A stretch of DNA of 45,170 bases from Folioceros fuciformis (GCA_049999805.1 JBNGIO010005952.1:1-45170), one strand, 5' to 3'; shown: positions 24,701-36,412, counted from the stretch's first letter. The notes: generated by a model not told the origin, from the letters alone. Numbers and translations are program-made.

Positions 24701-25613
24701 CAGCGTTGGAGTCAAAGTTGAATGCTCGCTTTGACATGATAGACTTGGGAGAGGCCAGCCATATTCTTGGTATGCATATTCGTCGAGACAGACATAAGCA
24801 TTTGCTTTACTTGTCTGAGACTGAATGCATTAACAAGGTGCTTCAACGTTTCAATATGGAGAAGGGGAAGGTATTGAGTACTCCGTTGCCTCCATACGTG
24901 AAACTTTCGAGCAAGGATTGCCCAAGCTCTGTGGATGACAAAGCTGAAATGGAAAAGTTTCCATACTCATCAGCTGTAGGGAGTTTGATGTATGCAATGA
25001 TTGCTACACGTCCTAACAATGCTATTGCAGTGGGAGTGGTTAGCAAGTTTATGTCAAACCCTAGCAAGAAGCATTGGGAGGCAGTGAAAGCAGTTATGAG
25101 GTACTTGAATGGTACAAAAGCTTTGTGCAAATGTTTTGGTAGTGAAGATGCATCTGTCGTGGGATATACGGATGCTGATTATGCAGGGGATATGGACAAA
25201 AGGAGGTCCATATGAGGTTATGTCTTCATGTGCACTGGAGAGGCAGTCTCATGGCGATCTCGTTTGCAATCGTGCATAACGCTATCTACAACAAAGGCCG
25301 AGTATGTTGTAACGACTACAGCTTGCAAGGAAGTCATGTGGCTTGCTCGTTTAGTGGGAGAATTGGGAATCAACATTGAGCTGCCAGTGTTGGATTGTGA
25401 TAGCCAGATTGCTATCCAATTGGCGAAGAATCTAGTGTTTCATGCAAAGACCAAACATGTGGAAGTGAAGTATCACTTCATTCGAGAGGTGTTGGAAGAC
25501 AAGAGGGTGCAGCTTGTCAAAGTTTACACCAGTCAGAACCCTGCAAATATTCTTATCAAGGGCTCTCTACAGACCAATTCGCACAAGCTCGGACACTCAT
25601 GGGCATGAGGTAG
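21726..25613 (+). pseudogene. Copia gag-pol polyprotein, broken by stops and frameshifts
   Basis: ORF pieces 21924-22463, 22482-22733, 22787-23248, 23167-23916, 23950-25215 and 25228-25608 fall in the order GAG-PR-INT-RT-RH. Confidence 0.93.
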
Positions 25614-25655
25614 ACCACTCTTCTATGAAGGTAAATTGGTCTTTAAGTGCGAGGT

Positions 25656-25944
25656 TGTAGGGTTATTAAAGCCCAATGTGCTTAAACTAATGTGTTTAGT
25701 CCAAGATTAGTGTCTAGTTAAGTATCATTTGTTCAGATTAACTTAAGCTAATTTGTAGGAAGCTTCTTGCATAGCTTCCTATGCACTTCTTCTGAAGCTT
25801 CCTTGGGAGCTCTTCTAGAAGGTATAAATACCCCCTTAAGCTCCCTTACAATAGGGACACTGAGAGTGTGAGACCTCTCTTTCTCCGCTCCTCCTTGCTT
25901 CCTCCTCTCCTCCTTTACCATGTGGCTCCTCTACCGATCCTTCA
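25656..25944 (+). repeat. 3' LTR of the copia element (289 bp, TG...CA)
   Basis: Starts TGTAGGG just after a purine tract (AAGTGCGAGGT), contains TATAAATA, ends CCTTCA, and is followed by CCTAC (candidate TSD). Confidence 0.93.
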
Positions 25945-28900
25945 CCTACTGGTTCTTCATGGCATGCACTTCCTCCCGTGCCCTATGTGATTCTTCCTGT
26001 ACTTGAGCTCTTACTTCATCCAGGGCCTGTTGGGCTTCCTCCAGCTGTTTTCGCCTTGCCTCTGCTTTAGCCAACTTGGCCTGCGCCTCCTCATCTCACT
26101 GTCCCTGCATGCTCAGCCAAGTGAGTGCCAGTGCGGCCTAATCCAGCATGTCCGCCTGTGCTCGGACCATGGCGACTGTCAAGCCCGTTAAATCCACCTG
26201 CTGAGGGGTTCTACCGGTAACCACCCCCCTGTCCAATATCTCCTTCCCCAGCAAAGTGCACACTCTAGCTAGCTCTTCCGTTTGTAGATTTGCCGCTAGA
26301 GGGGTGCCCTTAAAGACTTCTTTGCATCCAGGGAAGAGTTCCACTGCCGGGTTTCAGCCCTAATTTCTCCAAAACACCTACAGCCACATCAGCGGGCCTT
26401 TCCTCCGCCGTCAGTGCCTCTTCATTGGGTTCCGCGGATGGGGTGGCTGGTTGCTTGGTCTCCGTTTTCCTGGCCGTCTCTTGTAGCGCCAGGTTTGCTT
26501 TAGACCTGGTGACGTGCGCACCTGCCTTCTTCCTCTTCGCAGGAGTTTTCTTGCTTCCTCTCGCCTTCTGTTTCCTGCTAATGGGGACCTCCTCTTCAGA
26601 GCTACTTGTCGCTCCAGATTCCCAGCTGCCGGACTCTGCCTCTTCCTTGGGCTCATCTGGCTTCCACTTGATCTCCCTAACAGGCTTCCACATATGCAAG
26701 GAAGCCACAATGTCCAACTATGGCAAATAGTTAACATGTGAATACAAATGAATAAGCAAAGGAGAAATTAAGGATCAGAATACGGCGAGAATACGCACCT
26801 TGTTGAGGAAGAGGATATTGGATAGAGGGATGGCTACTGGTGGGACTCCTCGACAAGTGGATTTAACGGAGCTTGACAATGGCCATGGTCTGAGCACAGG
26901 CGAACATGCTGGATCAGGCCGCATTGGCGCTCACTTGGTTGAGTATGCAAGGACAACGAGATGAGGAGGCGTAGGCCAAGCTGGCTGAAGCGGAGGCAAG
27001 GCAGGAATAGCTAGAGGAAGCCCAACAGGCCCTGGACGCAGTGAAAGCTTAGGTACAGGAAGAATTACGCAGGGCCCGGGAAGAAGTGCAGGACATGAAG
27101 AATCAGTAGGAACTGAAGAATCAGTAGGAACTGCTCCTGACCCAAGTCAAGGAAGTACATGAAGCAAATCAGGAAATGCAGCAGGAGTTGCTGTGGGCAT
27201 AGGAGCAAGAGGCAATTGCTGTGGAGAAGGTCCAGAAGCTCGCGGACCGTTACAAACGGGAATGGGATGAGCCCCGAAGCCGGGTCAAGGGGAAAGGGAA
27301 AGTCAAACGCAGCAACAGGTCCACGACCGAGGTAGCGGAAGGCGCTACCGGTAGGGGAGAAACGACGCCAGTAGAGGGAAGCCCTACCATAGTCGAGGAA
27401 GCAGTGACAGTCGTGGACCCAGCAACCAGGGTTGTTGGGACTCCTACCCGCGCCAAGAGGACTGGACTGGAGAAGGGTGCAGGTAGGACGACATGAGGCA
27501 CTCTTGCACCTTTGGGGGACAGGGAGCAGACAACCAAGGGTAGCCCACGGGAGGAGGGGGTAAGCACCTCATTTGCAGTAGGAGAAAAAATTGTATTAAA
27601 GCACATGGATGAGGAGTCTTATATTCCTGGCCTCTATGTAAATGGAGATCATGTACTTGATCTTATTATCCATGTGCGTGTGGGAATAGGAGGGACCAAG
27701 GCCTACCGTCTGCAAGTGAGGACCCGCAATGGGTGCTTCTCCTATTGTTTCCGGGTGTGGGGGTTAACCCCCTGTTATTTGGAGGCAGTCTTGGAGGAGC
27801 TCACAAAGGAAGAGGCACAGGCCTGGGTGGAGCAAAAACCAGTGATGGTCCTTAGTAACAGGCGATCAGTGGGGAGAGAAAGGACTCCCAGGCAGACCCC
27901 ACCCATGCCTAGCTAGGAGAGGTCAGACAGTGGTGGAAGTGAAGTGGAGGTCTTATGGGAGGACTTTCCTGACCAGTAGAGAGGGAGGAGAGCTTGGGGG
28001 TTTGGCGGCCGAGGAAGGAGGACCCTAAGGATGGATAGGAGGAGAGCGCGGCGCTGAAATAGGTCATAAGTTATTGCATCTTAAAATAGAACTTAGATAA
28101 GATTTCATGAAGATGCTATCTTGGACCTGATGCCGCCCGCAATTAAGGGCACTTTGCAATTGACCATTTTTAACTTTTAGACCCGACTTTATGGTAGGCT
28201 GTGGCTCCCGCTCTAAAAAAATTTGTATAGAGAAACCTGTTAGTGCCTCTCTAAGCAGCCAATGTTGAGGACACTTCCCGGTTGAGATCCCCAGGGGCCA
28301 GGGTGGGTAGCGTGTGCGAGAAGCTCCTAGGACGAGTTGCAAGCATTGCTCCATGGCTGGTGATGAGGGGGACGAATCCGCAGAACCTACTCGTACAGGA
28401 TGTTTCTCCTCCCTAATTTCCCGAGTTACCTATCGTGTGCGAAATTCGTGTGAGTGTGCATGTAAGACCACTTCCCGGTTGAGATCTCCGTTTGCCAAGG
28501 TGGGTAGCGTGAGCAAGAAGCTTCTAGGGGTGGGTGAGAGCGTTGCTTCGCGGCTGGTGGTGAGGAGGACGAATCTGCAGAACTTGCGGGCATGGGAGGT
28601 TTCTCCTCCCTTATTCCCAGAACTAACTGCCGTGTTCCAACTTTTGATTGTGAAAGCGTGTGTGCGAAGACGAAGGGTGAAGGAGAGAGTGAAGAAGGTG
28701 TGTATGGTCAAGTGAGTTGAGAAGAGAAGATGAGACAAAGAGGAGGAGGGAAGTGAGGCCAATCACTAAACAAAACGCGAGGTGTGAGGCTGGAGACTGA
28801 AATGGAAACGATGAACTAACTGAACTTATTGGAAGTTGAACGAGATTGCTGCAAGATCGGGGATGTTACTGGAGAGTGGAGAGGATTTCTGGGAAATTTT

Positions 28901-30471
28901 TGGAGAAGGTTTCTAAGCGTTTGTGTGAGGTTACTGGAGATTGTTGGAGATCGAAGGAGGTAGGGGTGGATTACTAAGAGATTGTTGGGGATTTGTGGAC
29001 AGTATTAGAGGACTGGAGGCCTCGAGAGCCGGCTTGTGGGGGCGAGAGTGCATCGGAGTTTTGCATGTGGGGAGAAACTTGTGTGTGTGTGAGGGAGTGT
29101 GGCTGATCCGCGGGGTCCTATCCTCCGAGGATCGGCGTTTGCATGTGTTGGAAGCATCTAATAAGGCCAGATCGGCGAGTCTGGATGCTCCGAGGTAGGA
29201 GCCCACGGCGGAACTCTGCGGCGATGTATGCGCCAGGAAAGTATTAGTTAGGGTTCATGGTGGTTCCCACCACGATCGTGGGAACCACTACCGTGCGCGG
29301 AAACAGCGATCGCGGTCGTAGAGTAGGGATTGCGATAGCTGGGCTAACAAGGAATAGTAGTAGTTGAGTTGGTAAGTAGTAGGAGTGGTAGTGGATGAGT
29401 CTTGACTTAAGTAAGATTCAGTAATAGCGTTAGCCCATGTTACTTAACACAAATCATTCCCTTGGCAACAAATCATATGACTACAACGACATAGAGGGTG
29501 AATATGGACCTCACGATGTCCCCGGACACAACATTTCACTCCACAGCTACCGGTCGCTCCAGATTCCTAGCTGCTGGACTCCGGCTCTACCTCTCCCTTG
29601 GGCTCATCTGGCTTCCATTTAATCTCCCTAATTGGCCACCACATGCGCAAGGAAGCTACAATGTCCAGCTCAGGCAAACAATTAACATGTGAGTAAAGAT
29701 GGACAAGGAAGGGAGAAATTAAAGATGGTCAAGGGTTGGGGAGGTCAAATTCTGCCTCTCCTCACTCAGTGTGTCGGAGATAATTTTTCCCCAATTGATC
29801 ATGCTCCCTTGATCACCTCATACAAAAACATCAATATGGTTAGATTGATAATCCTGCTTCTTGTGCTGTAGGAAGCAGAGGAGCCATTTGGCTAGGCCCA
29901 TGAATTGAGTAGACGCCATCTCGCGCGTTAGCCAGGCGTTGGGCAACCGTCTTATGCCCATCTTAAACAACACTATTGCTGCTGCCACCGTTCTCTGCTT
30001 TGGAAGGGATTCGATTACGATCCCTCCAGCTTTCTCCTCGCTACACCCATACACCACCTTCACCAAGTTAAGGTTCCAATCCTACAGCCTGTCCCTAATT
30101 CCTCCTATCGGTGCCTTGGCCCGTAGTTGCTGCACACACTCTTGTACCAGGCCTAGGTTCGCGTAGTTCCAGCGTTTTGCCATGAACTTGAGGCCCAACT
30201 TCTCTACCAAATCTCTTGTCCGGACCCTCTAGTGGTCCATGTTGGGCTAGAGAGCAATCTCGACCTGCACCATTGGTCGGGATTCCTGCAAGAATCAATC
30301 ACCGTTAGCCCAACCGTCGCTTCCGCCAGCCGTCGCCGCTCCAGGGTTTGCTTGCGCACCGCTACCACCGCCTAACCTAATCCTCATAGCCTCGCATTTC
30401 CTCAAGCCTATCAGGAGATGGCCGCTGTCGCCACGCCTGCTACCTCCTCTCTGGTCACCACGCTCACCCCA
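25945..30471. mobile_element. Fragments of a second, multi-copy degenerate element (coiled-coil/accessory-ORF-bearing, probably Ty3/gypsy-related) in both orientations
   Basis: 25945-26262 (-) is an imperfect inverted copy of ~26790-27110 (+). 26602-26773 matches 29547-29724. ~28030-28350 matches ~31470-31780. No RT or integrase motifs were seen. Confidence 0.55.
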
Positions 30472-31137
30472 TGGGTTGGCGCCCGCGCCTACGCTTGGCG
30501 CGACTAGATGGGGCAACCGAGGCCTGGTGCGCCGCGCCTGGCGCCCCCGCGGGCTTGGACGCCCCAAGGCTTGGTGGCGCTAGCCTACGCCCCCCTGGCG
30601 CCCCCGGCGCCTCGCAGGCTGAAGGCACCCTGCGGCTAGGGCACCCGCCTGGCTTCTGCAGCCCCCTGAGGGCGTCTAGCTCCCGGCGCTCCGCGGCTTG
30701 CGATGTCCTAGGCACCCGCGCTTCGCACTCCCGGTGCCCCATGCTCCCGGAGATGCCGCATATGGCCGTAGTTCACTGTGATGCCTCCCTCACAGCCACC
30801 TTGCGCACCTTGTCCACAACACCCAGGGACATCACCATCTTGCTCCACACCTAGCTCTGATACCAGTTGAAGGGTCGGTAGAGAAGCCACATGGTACAGG
30901 AGGAGAGGAGAAAGAGAGGTCTCACACTCTCAGTGTCCTTATTGCAAGGGAGCTCAAGGGGGTATTTATACCCTCTAGAAGAACTCCTAAGGAAGCTTCA
31001 GAAGAAGTGCATAGGAAGCTGCGCAAGAAGCTTCCTACAGATTAGCTTAAGCTAATCTAAACAAATGATACTTAACTAGACACTAATCTTGGACTAAATA
31101 CATTAGTCTAAGCACATTGGGCTTTAATAACCCTACA
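30472..31137 (-). mobile_element. 5' LTR (30868-31137), PBS and GC-rich 5' UTR of the same copia family, in reverse orientation
   Basis: 270-bp LTR about 94% identical (hand alignment) to 25656-25944, preceded on the minus strand by CCTAC and followed by the PBS. Confidence 0.92.
30854..30865 (-). promoter_or_regulatory. Primer-binding site complementary to the 3' end of tRNA-iMet
   Basis: TGGTATCAGAGC on the minus strand, 2 nt downstream of the LTR's terminal CA. Confidence 0.93.
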
Positions 31138-32547
31138 GTAGGAACTGCTCCTAACCCAAGTCAAGGAAGTACATGAAGTAAATCAGGAAATGCAGCAGGA
31201 ATTGTTATGGACACAGGAGTAGGAGGTAGCTGCTGTAGNNNNNNNNNNNNNNNNNNNNNNNNNNNNNNNNNNNNNNNNNNNNNNNNNNNNNNNNNNNNNN
31301 NNNNNNNNNNNNNNNNNNNNNNNNNNNNNNNNNNNNNNACTAGATTGCTGAAAGACCGGAGACGTTTGCTAAAAGATTGCTCAAGATTGCTCAAGATTGG
31401 GAAGGATTTTTCGGAGATTTCTAGACATTTGTGGGAGGATGCTGAAGATTGTTCGTGAGCCAAAAGAATGGATAGGAGGAGGGCACGGTGCTAAGGTAGG
31501 CCAGGAGTTATTGCATCTTAAAAATAGAATTTAGATACCATTTGACTAGATGCTATCTTGGACATGATGCCACAAGTAATTAAGAGCACCTTTCAAGTTG
31601 ACTGTTTTTAGACAGACACTTTATGGCGGGGTGTGGGTGTGACACACACTCTACAAACTTTTGTATTAAGAGGCCTATTGGTGCCTCTTTAATTAGACAA
31701 CTTCCTGGTTGAGATCCCCACGGTGCCTAAGTGGGTAGTGTATGGGAGAAGCTCTTAAAGGTGGTCGAGAGCGTTGGTGGTCAAGAGCGTTGCTCTACGG
31801 TGGAATGTTAGTTGATGTGGTGGCAACACATATGAATAGCTTTGCAAAGGGTTTTAACTGATATTATCTTTAAAACACAAGGTTAGTCTCTAGTGTCCCT
31901 ATCATGGTCTATCTCCCTCTTTAGGGGTACATAGATTTTTCATCATATTTTTAAAAATATATATGAAACTTCTTTAGTACAACGACAAATAAAGGGGGGA
32001 AGAAGACCAATTGCAGCTAGCCTTTTTATTATTTCATCTCGACATTATGGGAGCACTAACTAGTTTTTAAGTTCGACAAATGATATTCGAGGGTAGTCCC
32101 TATGGCCTTCGGCCCTCAGCGGTTGTTCCTCGGATTTTCTACAAGTTTTTTTAATAATATAGATCAACCCTTATGCTTCGTAGTTTGTTGTTCGCATTTA
32201 CGTCGTAGGTCACAACCACGAAGACACGGAGGAGTACGACAGCTGCGAAGATGAGCTGTGGAACAAGCTCTTCACCACAGAAGACAGCAACGCCAGCAGC
32301 AGCTTCGTGTATGCTCAGGCATGGGGCCATCTCGCCGGCTTGGAAGCTCCTCGCTCCTACGGTTTTTGGTTAGGGCAGATCGTGAATTCACTTTGAGACT
32401 GGTCAAGGCGGCAAGTCTGTCTGTCCGTAGCACTGTGTTTGTGCCCCGTTTTTTGGCCCCGTTTTCGATGAGACTGTGCTCATCAGCCGGGTGCTTGGAC
32501 TGGATTGAGTTTGTCTGGAGGAGCTGAGAAGAACTCTGATTCCTTAG

Positions 32548-35500
32548 ATGGGTCCTGCTGGGCTGCGGAAGGGCGAGGATCCGTTGATCAGCATCGAATC
32601 CAGTCTAATGGCGCTCGAAAATTTGGTAGGTGGAGCAGGGCCTTCCGGCAATAAAGTTATCCTTAAGGCCATCTTGAATGTGCGTAGGGAGAAGGATAAA
32701 CTCGTCGCCGTGCAGAAGAAGAGATGCAGCTCGTCGGGGACAGCAGAATTGACCCAAAGTATCGCAATGGCCTTGGAAGGTTTGCGGAAAACCATCCGTG
32801 ATGTGGACTCCAAGATACGAAAGTGTGTTCAAGATCCTACTAGGGTTTCGGAGGACATACCGATTAGAACTGGTTTCAACGATGTACCTGCAAACGAGTT
32901 GCTTTTACAATACGTCAGGGCCTTGAAGACATGCAGGCGTAAGGCTAAGAGAGACAAGGCATTTGACATCCAGCTGAGGAGTTTGGACAAGAATCTCCCT
33001 CCAAATTACGTGCAACTTAGCAAGTTACACGATAAGGTCTTGCAGTATTTGAGGGATAAGAGCAGCAAAAGTGTGATCATTACCGGCATGTTTGGCATGG
33101 GAAAATCAGCTCTTGCTTTGGACCTGGCTTCCACTCTTAGAGAGGGTAAGCAGTGCAGTCTGGACTGGTTAGATTCTAGGGTTCTGAGTGTATGAGCGCG
33201 GTGAATTACTTTGCTCGGCCTAGATAACTTCTCTTTTGATTCAGTCAGATCTGAATTCTTTTGATGCAGCGAGGTGTGACAAGAACTTGTATGGTTTCTT
33301 GGTGTGTGTTTCTTACGGCGGAAGTGCAGGTTTTGACTACCCTGGTGGTGTGCACTTCAGTACCTTTGGTGAAACTTACGGCGCTACTTGTTCCCAGACG
33401 GCCCTTGATGACAAGATTTGTGTTGAACTCGAACGAATTGAGAGGTTTGTGAACGTGAACAAGATGAGACGTACTTGGGATCAAAGCATGTCCTCTCAGT
33501 CCAGGAAAGAGAAGATAAGGGTGGCTCTTGGCACTATGCTGTCAGACCTCCGTTGTTTGATTGTCTTGGATGATGTATGGCATCCACGGATATGGGAGAA
33601 CTTTTGGTTTGAAGGACACCCCGGAAATCTGCTTATCACAACAAGGTCAACTGGTGGAGCGTATAAAAACGATATGGTGGTCGAGATCCTCCCAGAACAC
33701 TACATGGATGTTGAGAGGCTGGATGAGAAAATATTGTTACGAAGCGCAGGCCGGAAATCCGGTGTCCCTTCGAATTTTAAGGTAATTTGGGTCTGAGCCT
33801 CTGGTATACCTGGAAGTCAGGTTGAATGCTATGTGTTGATCTGTTTTGGCATGGTTCTCCCTTTCATCCTTGAGTGTGCTCGTTTTCTTTTGCAGGTCCC
33901 AGCTGAAATGATTCTGGCCAAATGTCATGGCTGCCCATCAGCAATAACTATGATGGGTAATGCTGTACGTGATAAGACTCAGCCTGCGGAATGGCAAAAG
34001 GCTGCTGATGAGTTCGCCTTGCATGCAGAGCAGAGTCATCCCCTGGACGGCTATTCAAGTACTTTGTTTCAAGGGGTTCAATCTAGTATTGTTGCCTGTT
34101 CCGGTAATGAGCAGTCTTTTAGGGCATTCGATGTGTTCAGAGGGACAGCAATTCCAAAAAACCTTTTGAAGCTGGCTTGGACATTCCGCATGGACACTTC
34201 AGATGAGGCCACCTTTGATAAGGACTTCAGGGCATTTGTAGGAATTCACATTCTGGAGCGGACAAAAGTGAGTCAAATTCGGTTCATGTTGATCGTTAGA
34301 CGTAAGTGGGAAGTTGTGTTACATGGTAATGAAATTTCCTTGGGATCAAATTCCGCTTCATGCAGGATCAGGATTGCTATCGAGTGCATCCCATTATCAG
34401 AGATTACTTGTTACAGCGTTTTTGCAGTCAGTACAGTTTTCAGTCTCAAGAACAATACCCTTCTCCGCTGGCTTCTCCTAGTAGCAACAGAAGCCGCCTG
34501 TTATGTGCTTTCCTCCTCACCTATGGGCACGCTGCAGTTCTCTCGTGGTGTACAGAATTACTGTCTGACGGTCCTGAATGTGATACATACAGAAATATCT
34601 TTTCTCAGACCATGGAAAGTGAAATTCCTCAAGTGAGAGTCCTAACGAGTAAGATAAGCAGTGAACTGACGGATAAGGAGCTTTTGACTTTAAAGAAGCA
34701 AGTTCTTGCTGCCACTTTACGCTCCTGGGGTTTGGCTAAGGTGATACAAACTCAGGAGCGCAATGGTCTGGGGGACCTTGAGGAGGCCAATAGGTTGCAA
34801 CCTGAACATCCTACAACGCTCAGGTAAGGTGCACTGTGCTTTTATGTTTTCCTCCTGCACTAGTGTAGCTACAAGATAAGTAAGCCATGCTGTTCCTTGT
34901 TCCCAGAAATTTAGGAGTTGCTTATTTGACACTCGGACAGTACCAACTTGCTGTGGATAATTTGAGGGAAGCAAAAAGGCTAAATCCTGATGACTCACTC
35001 ACCTTAAGGTCGGAGACGTTCTATCTTCAGCTAGCCTGCTCCGGATATGTGGAGATCAGAACAGTTTGTGAGAAGTTCTGCGTTCCTATGTTTGCAGCTT
35101 CTTGTACACTGCCATGGGCATATCAGGCTGGGAGAGGGCCAAACTTGAGCTGCCGGATGATTCACCATCTCAAAAAAGCATACTTTTGAGGTAAATCTTT
35201 GGTGCAACTGTGTAGTGAGAGAACGTACCGTATCTCTGGGTGGGGGCAACATGAAGGCTCTTGCTCAATTTCCTGGAAATCTCCCCCTCGTACCAATGCT
35301 CACATTGTTGTCCTGTCCTGTAGCTCACGAGCTTTACTGAGGTGGAAGCTGGGCATGGTTAAGTGTGCACTGAAAGATTTAGAGTTTGTACTGAAAGATT
35401 CAGAAAGCTGTCCAAATCAGAATCCCTTTATCCTGAGGTGGTATTCTGAAGTGCATTATGGTTTCCCACTGCAACTCGAGCTCTGAAACAAACTTTTCCT

Positions 35501-36412
35501 CACTCTGATTATACTGTAATCCACAGCCTGCTGGGAGCTGTGAAGATGGAAGGCGGGGATCTTGATGGCGCCAAAGCGGATTTGCAAAAGGCTCTTACGT
35601 CTTTGCATGGGGAAGATGTTTCCTTCACGCTTTGGTAGGCAAGCATGACGCTGTGATTGTCAAGTTGCTTGAGCGGATGCCATGGTAATCACTGATTGAC
35701 TCTCCTACCTGTCACACTGGTGCAGTTATTTGGGTCTGACGAGCCTGTACGCAGAGGACTTCAGAGGCGCTAAAGAGTATCTTGACCGAGCCGTAAGTGC
35801 ACAGCCTCAATGCCCGTTCGTTCTCAGGTATGCTAGCGAACTGTACTTCAAAATGAAGCATAGCACAATTGAGAGAAGCTATTGACGACCATTACCTTCC
35901 AGCACAAACGTGACGCTGTCCGAGGCCAATACCTTACCTGCCAGGAAATAACTCCGTGCCTGACCACAGCCGTGTGTTGCCTACAGTGTCCGAGGGGAGG
36001 TGAATCGGATGTTGAAAGACTATGAGGCTGCGGGCAGAGACTTACAGAAAGCCAAAGCACTACAGTCGTCGCCAGACGCATTCACTAACCAGTGTGTTAA
36101 GCCTCTTCCTGGCACCTTGAAGTATCATTTTGTTCAGGTTGCTGCAATTGGCTGAATCCTGAGCCCATGCATGTGATACAAAGCTCCTGTTGTCGTTTGT
36201 TTTCGAAGGTGCCTGATGAACTTGAGATGGATGGAAGGCAAGTTCGAAATGGCGATAAAGGTACAACTCTACTCGTAGAGTCCGCTCGATTCACATTCGG
36301 AAGGAAGCTCAACAGGTCTCCGACTCATGTTCATACTCCTGTTGTGCAGCTGGTGCGCTTGTTACCGGTCGAGCCAAGTCAGGCCCTGGAATGTGTGGAG
36401 GGACCAAGATGA
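32548..36412 (+). CDS. NB-ARC-TPR (NLR-like STAND) protein with helical N-terminal domain; 12 exons, ~872 aa
   Basis: Exons 32548-33145, 33330-33781, 33896-34267, 34366-34823, 34907-35008, 35098-35190, 35324-35437, 35527-35634, 35726-35827, 35987-36091, 36209-36260, 36350-36412 (2619 nt, open). P-loop ITGMFGMGKSALA, Walker B CLIVLDDVW, RNBS-B LLITTR, GLPL-like CHGCPSAI, MHD-like YRVHPIIRDY. TPRs such as NLGVAYLTLGQYQLAVDNLREAKRLNPD. The start codon and last two exons are less certain. Confidence 0.85.

Larger units (their letters stand above)
21346..25944 (+). mobile_element. Ty1/copia LTR retrotransposon (Tnt1/Tork-like), decayed: 3' part of 5' UTR, gag-pol, PPT, 3' LTR
   Basis: gag from 21726 (FNIEKLDGTNFPFWK, UBN2-like, degenerate CCHC knuckle), protease (IIDFGASFHV), GAG-pre-integrase (LWHSRLGHMS), integrase (DNGGEY..PPQNGVAE), RT (KARLVAKG, LYVDDMLI) and RNase H (KTKHVEVKYHFIRE). 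Multiple stops and frameshifts. Confidence 0.96.

Noticed and set aside
25656-31137. Opposed LTR copies read as long terminal inverted repeats of a DNA transposon (e.g. MULE/foldback)
   Set aside because: They have TG..CA ends, a PBS, a PPT and a shared 5-bp TSD arrangement, so they are LTRs displaced by inversion.
36138-36162. Alternative terminal exon (LLQLAES*) for the NB-ARC-TPR gene
   Set aside because: It needs a 46-nt intron, shorter than the others here. The 36209-36260 plus 36350-36412 ending continues a TPR-like helix and is preferred, though unverified.
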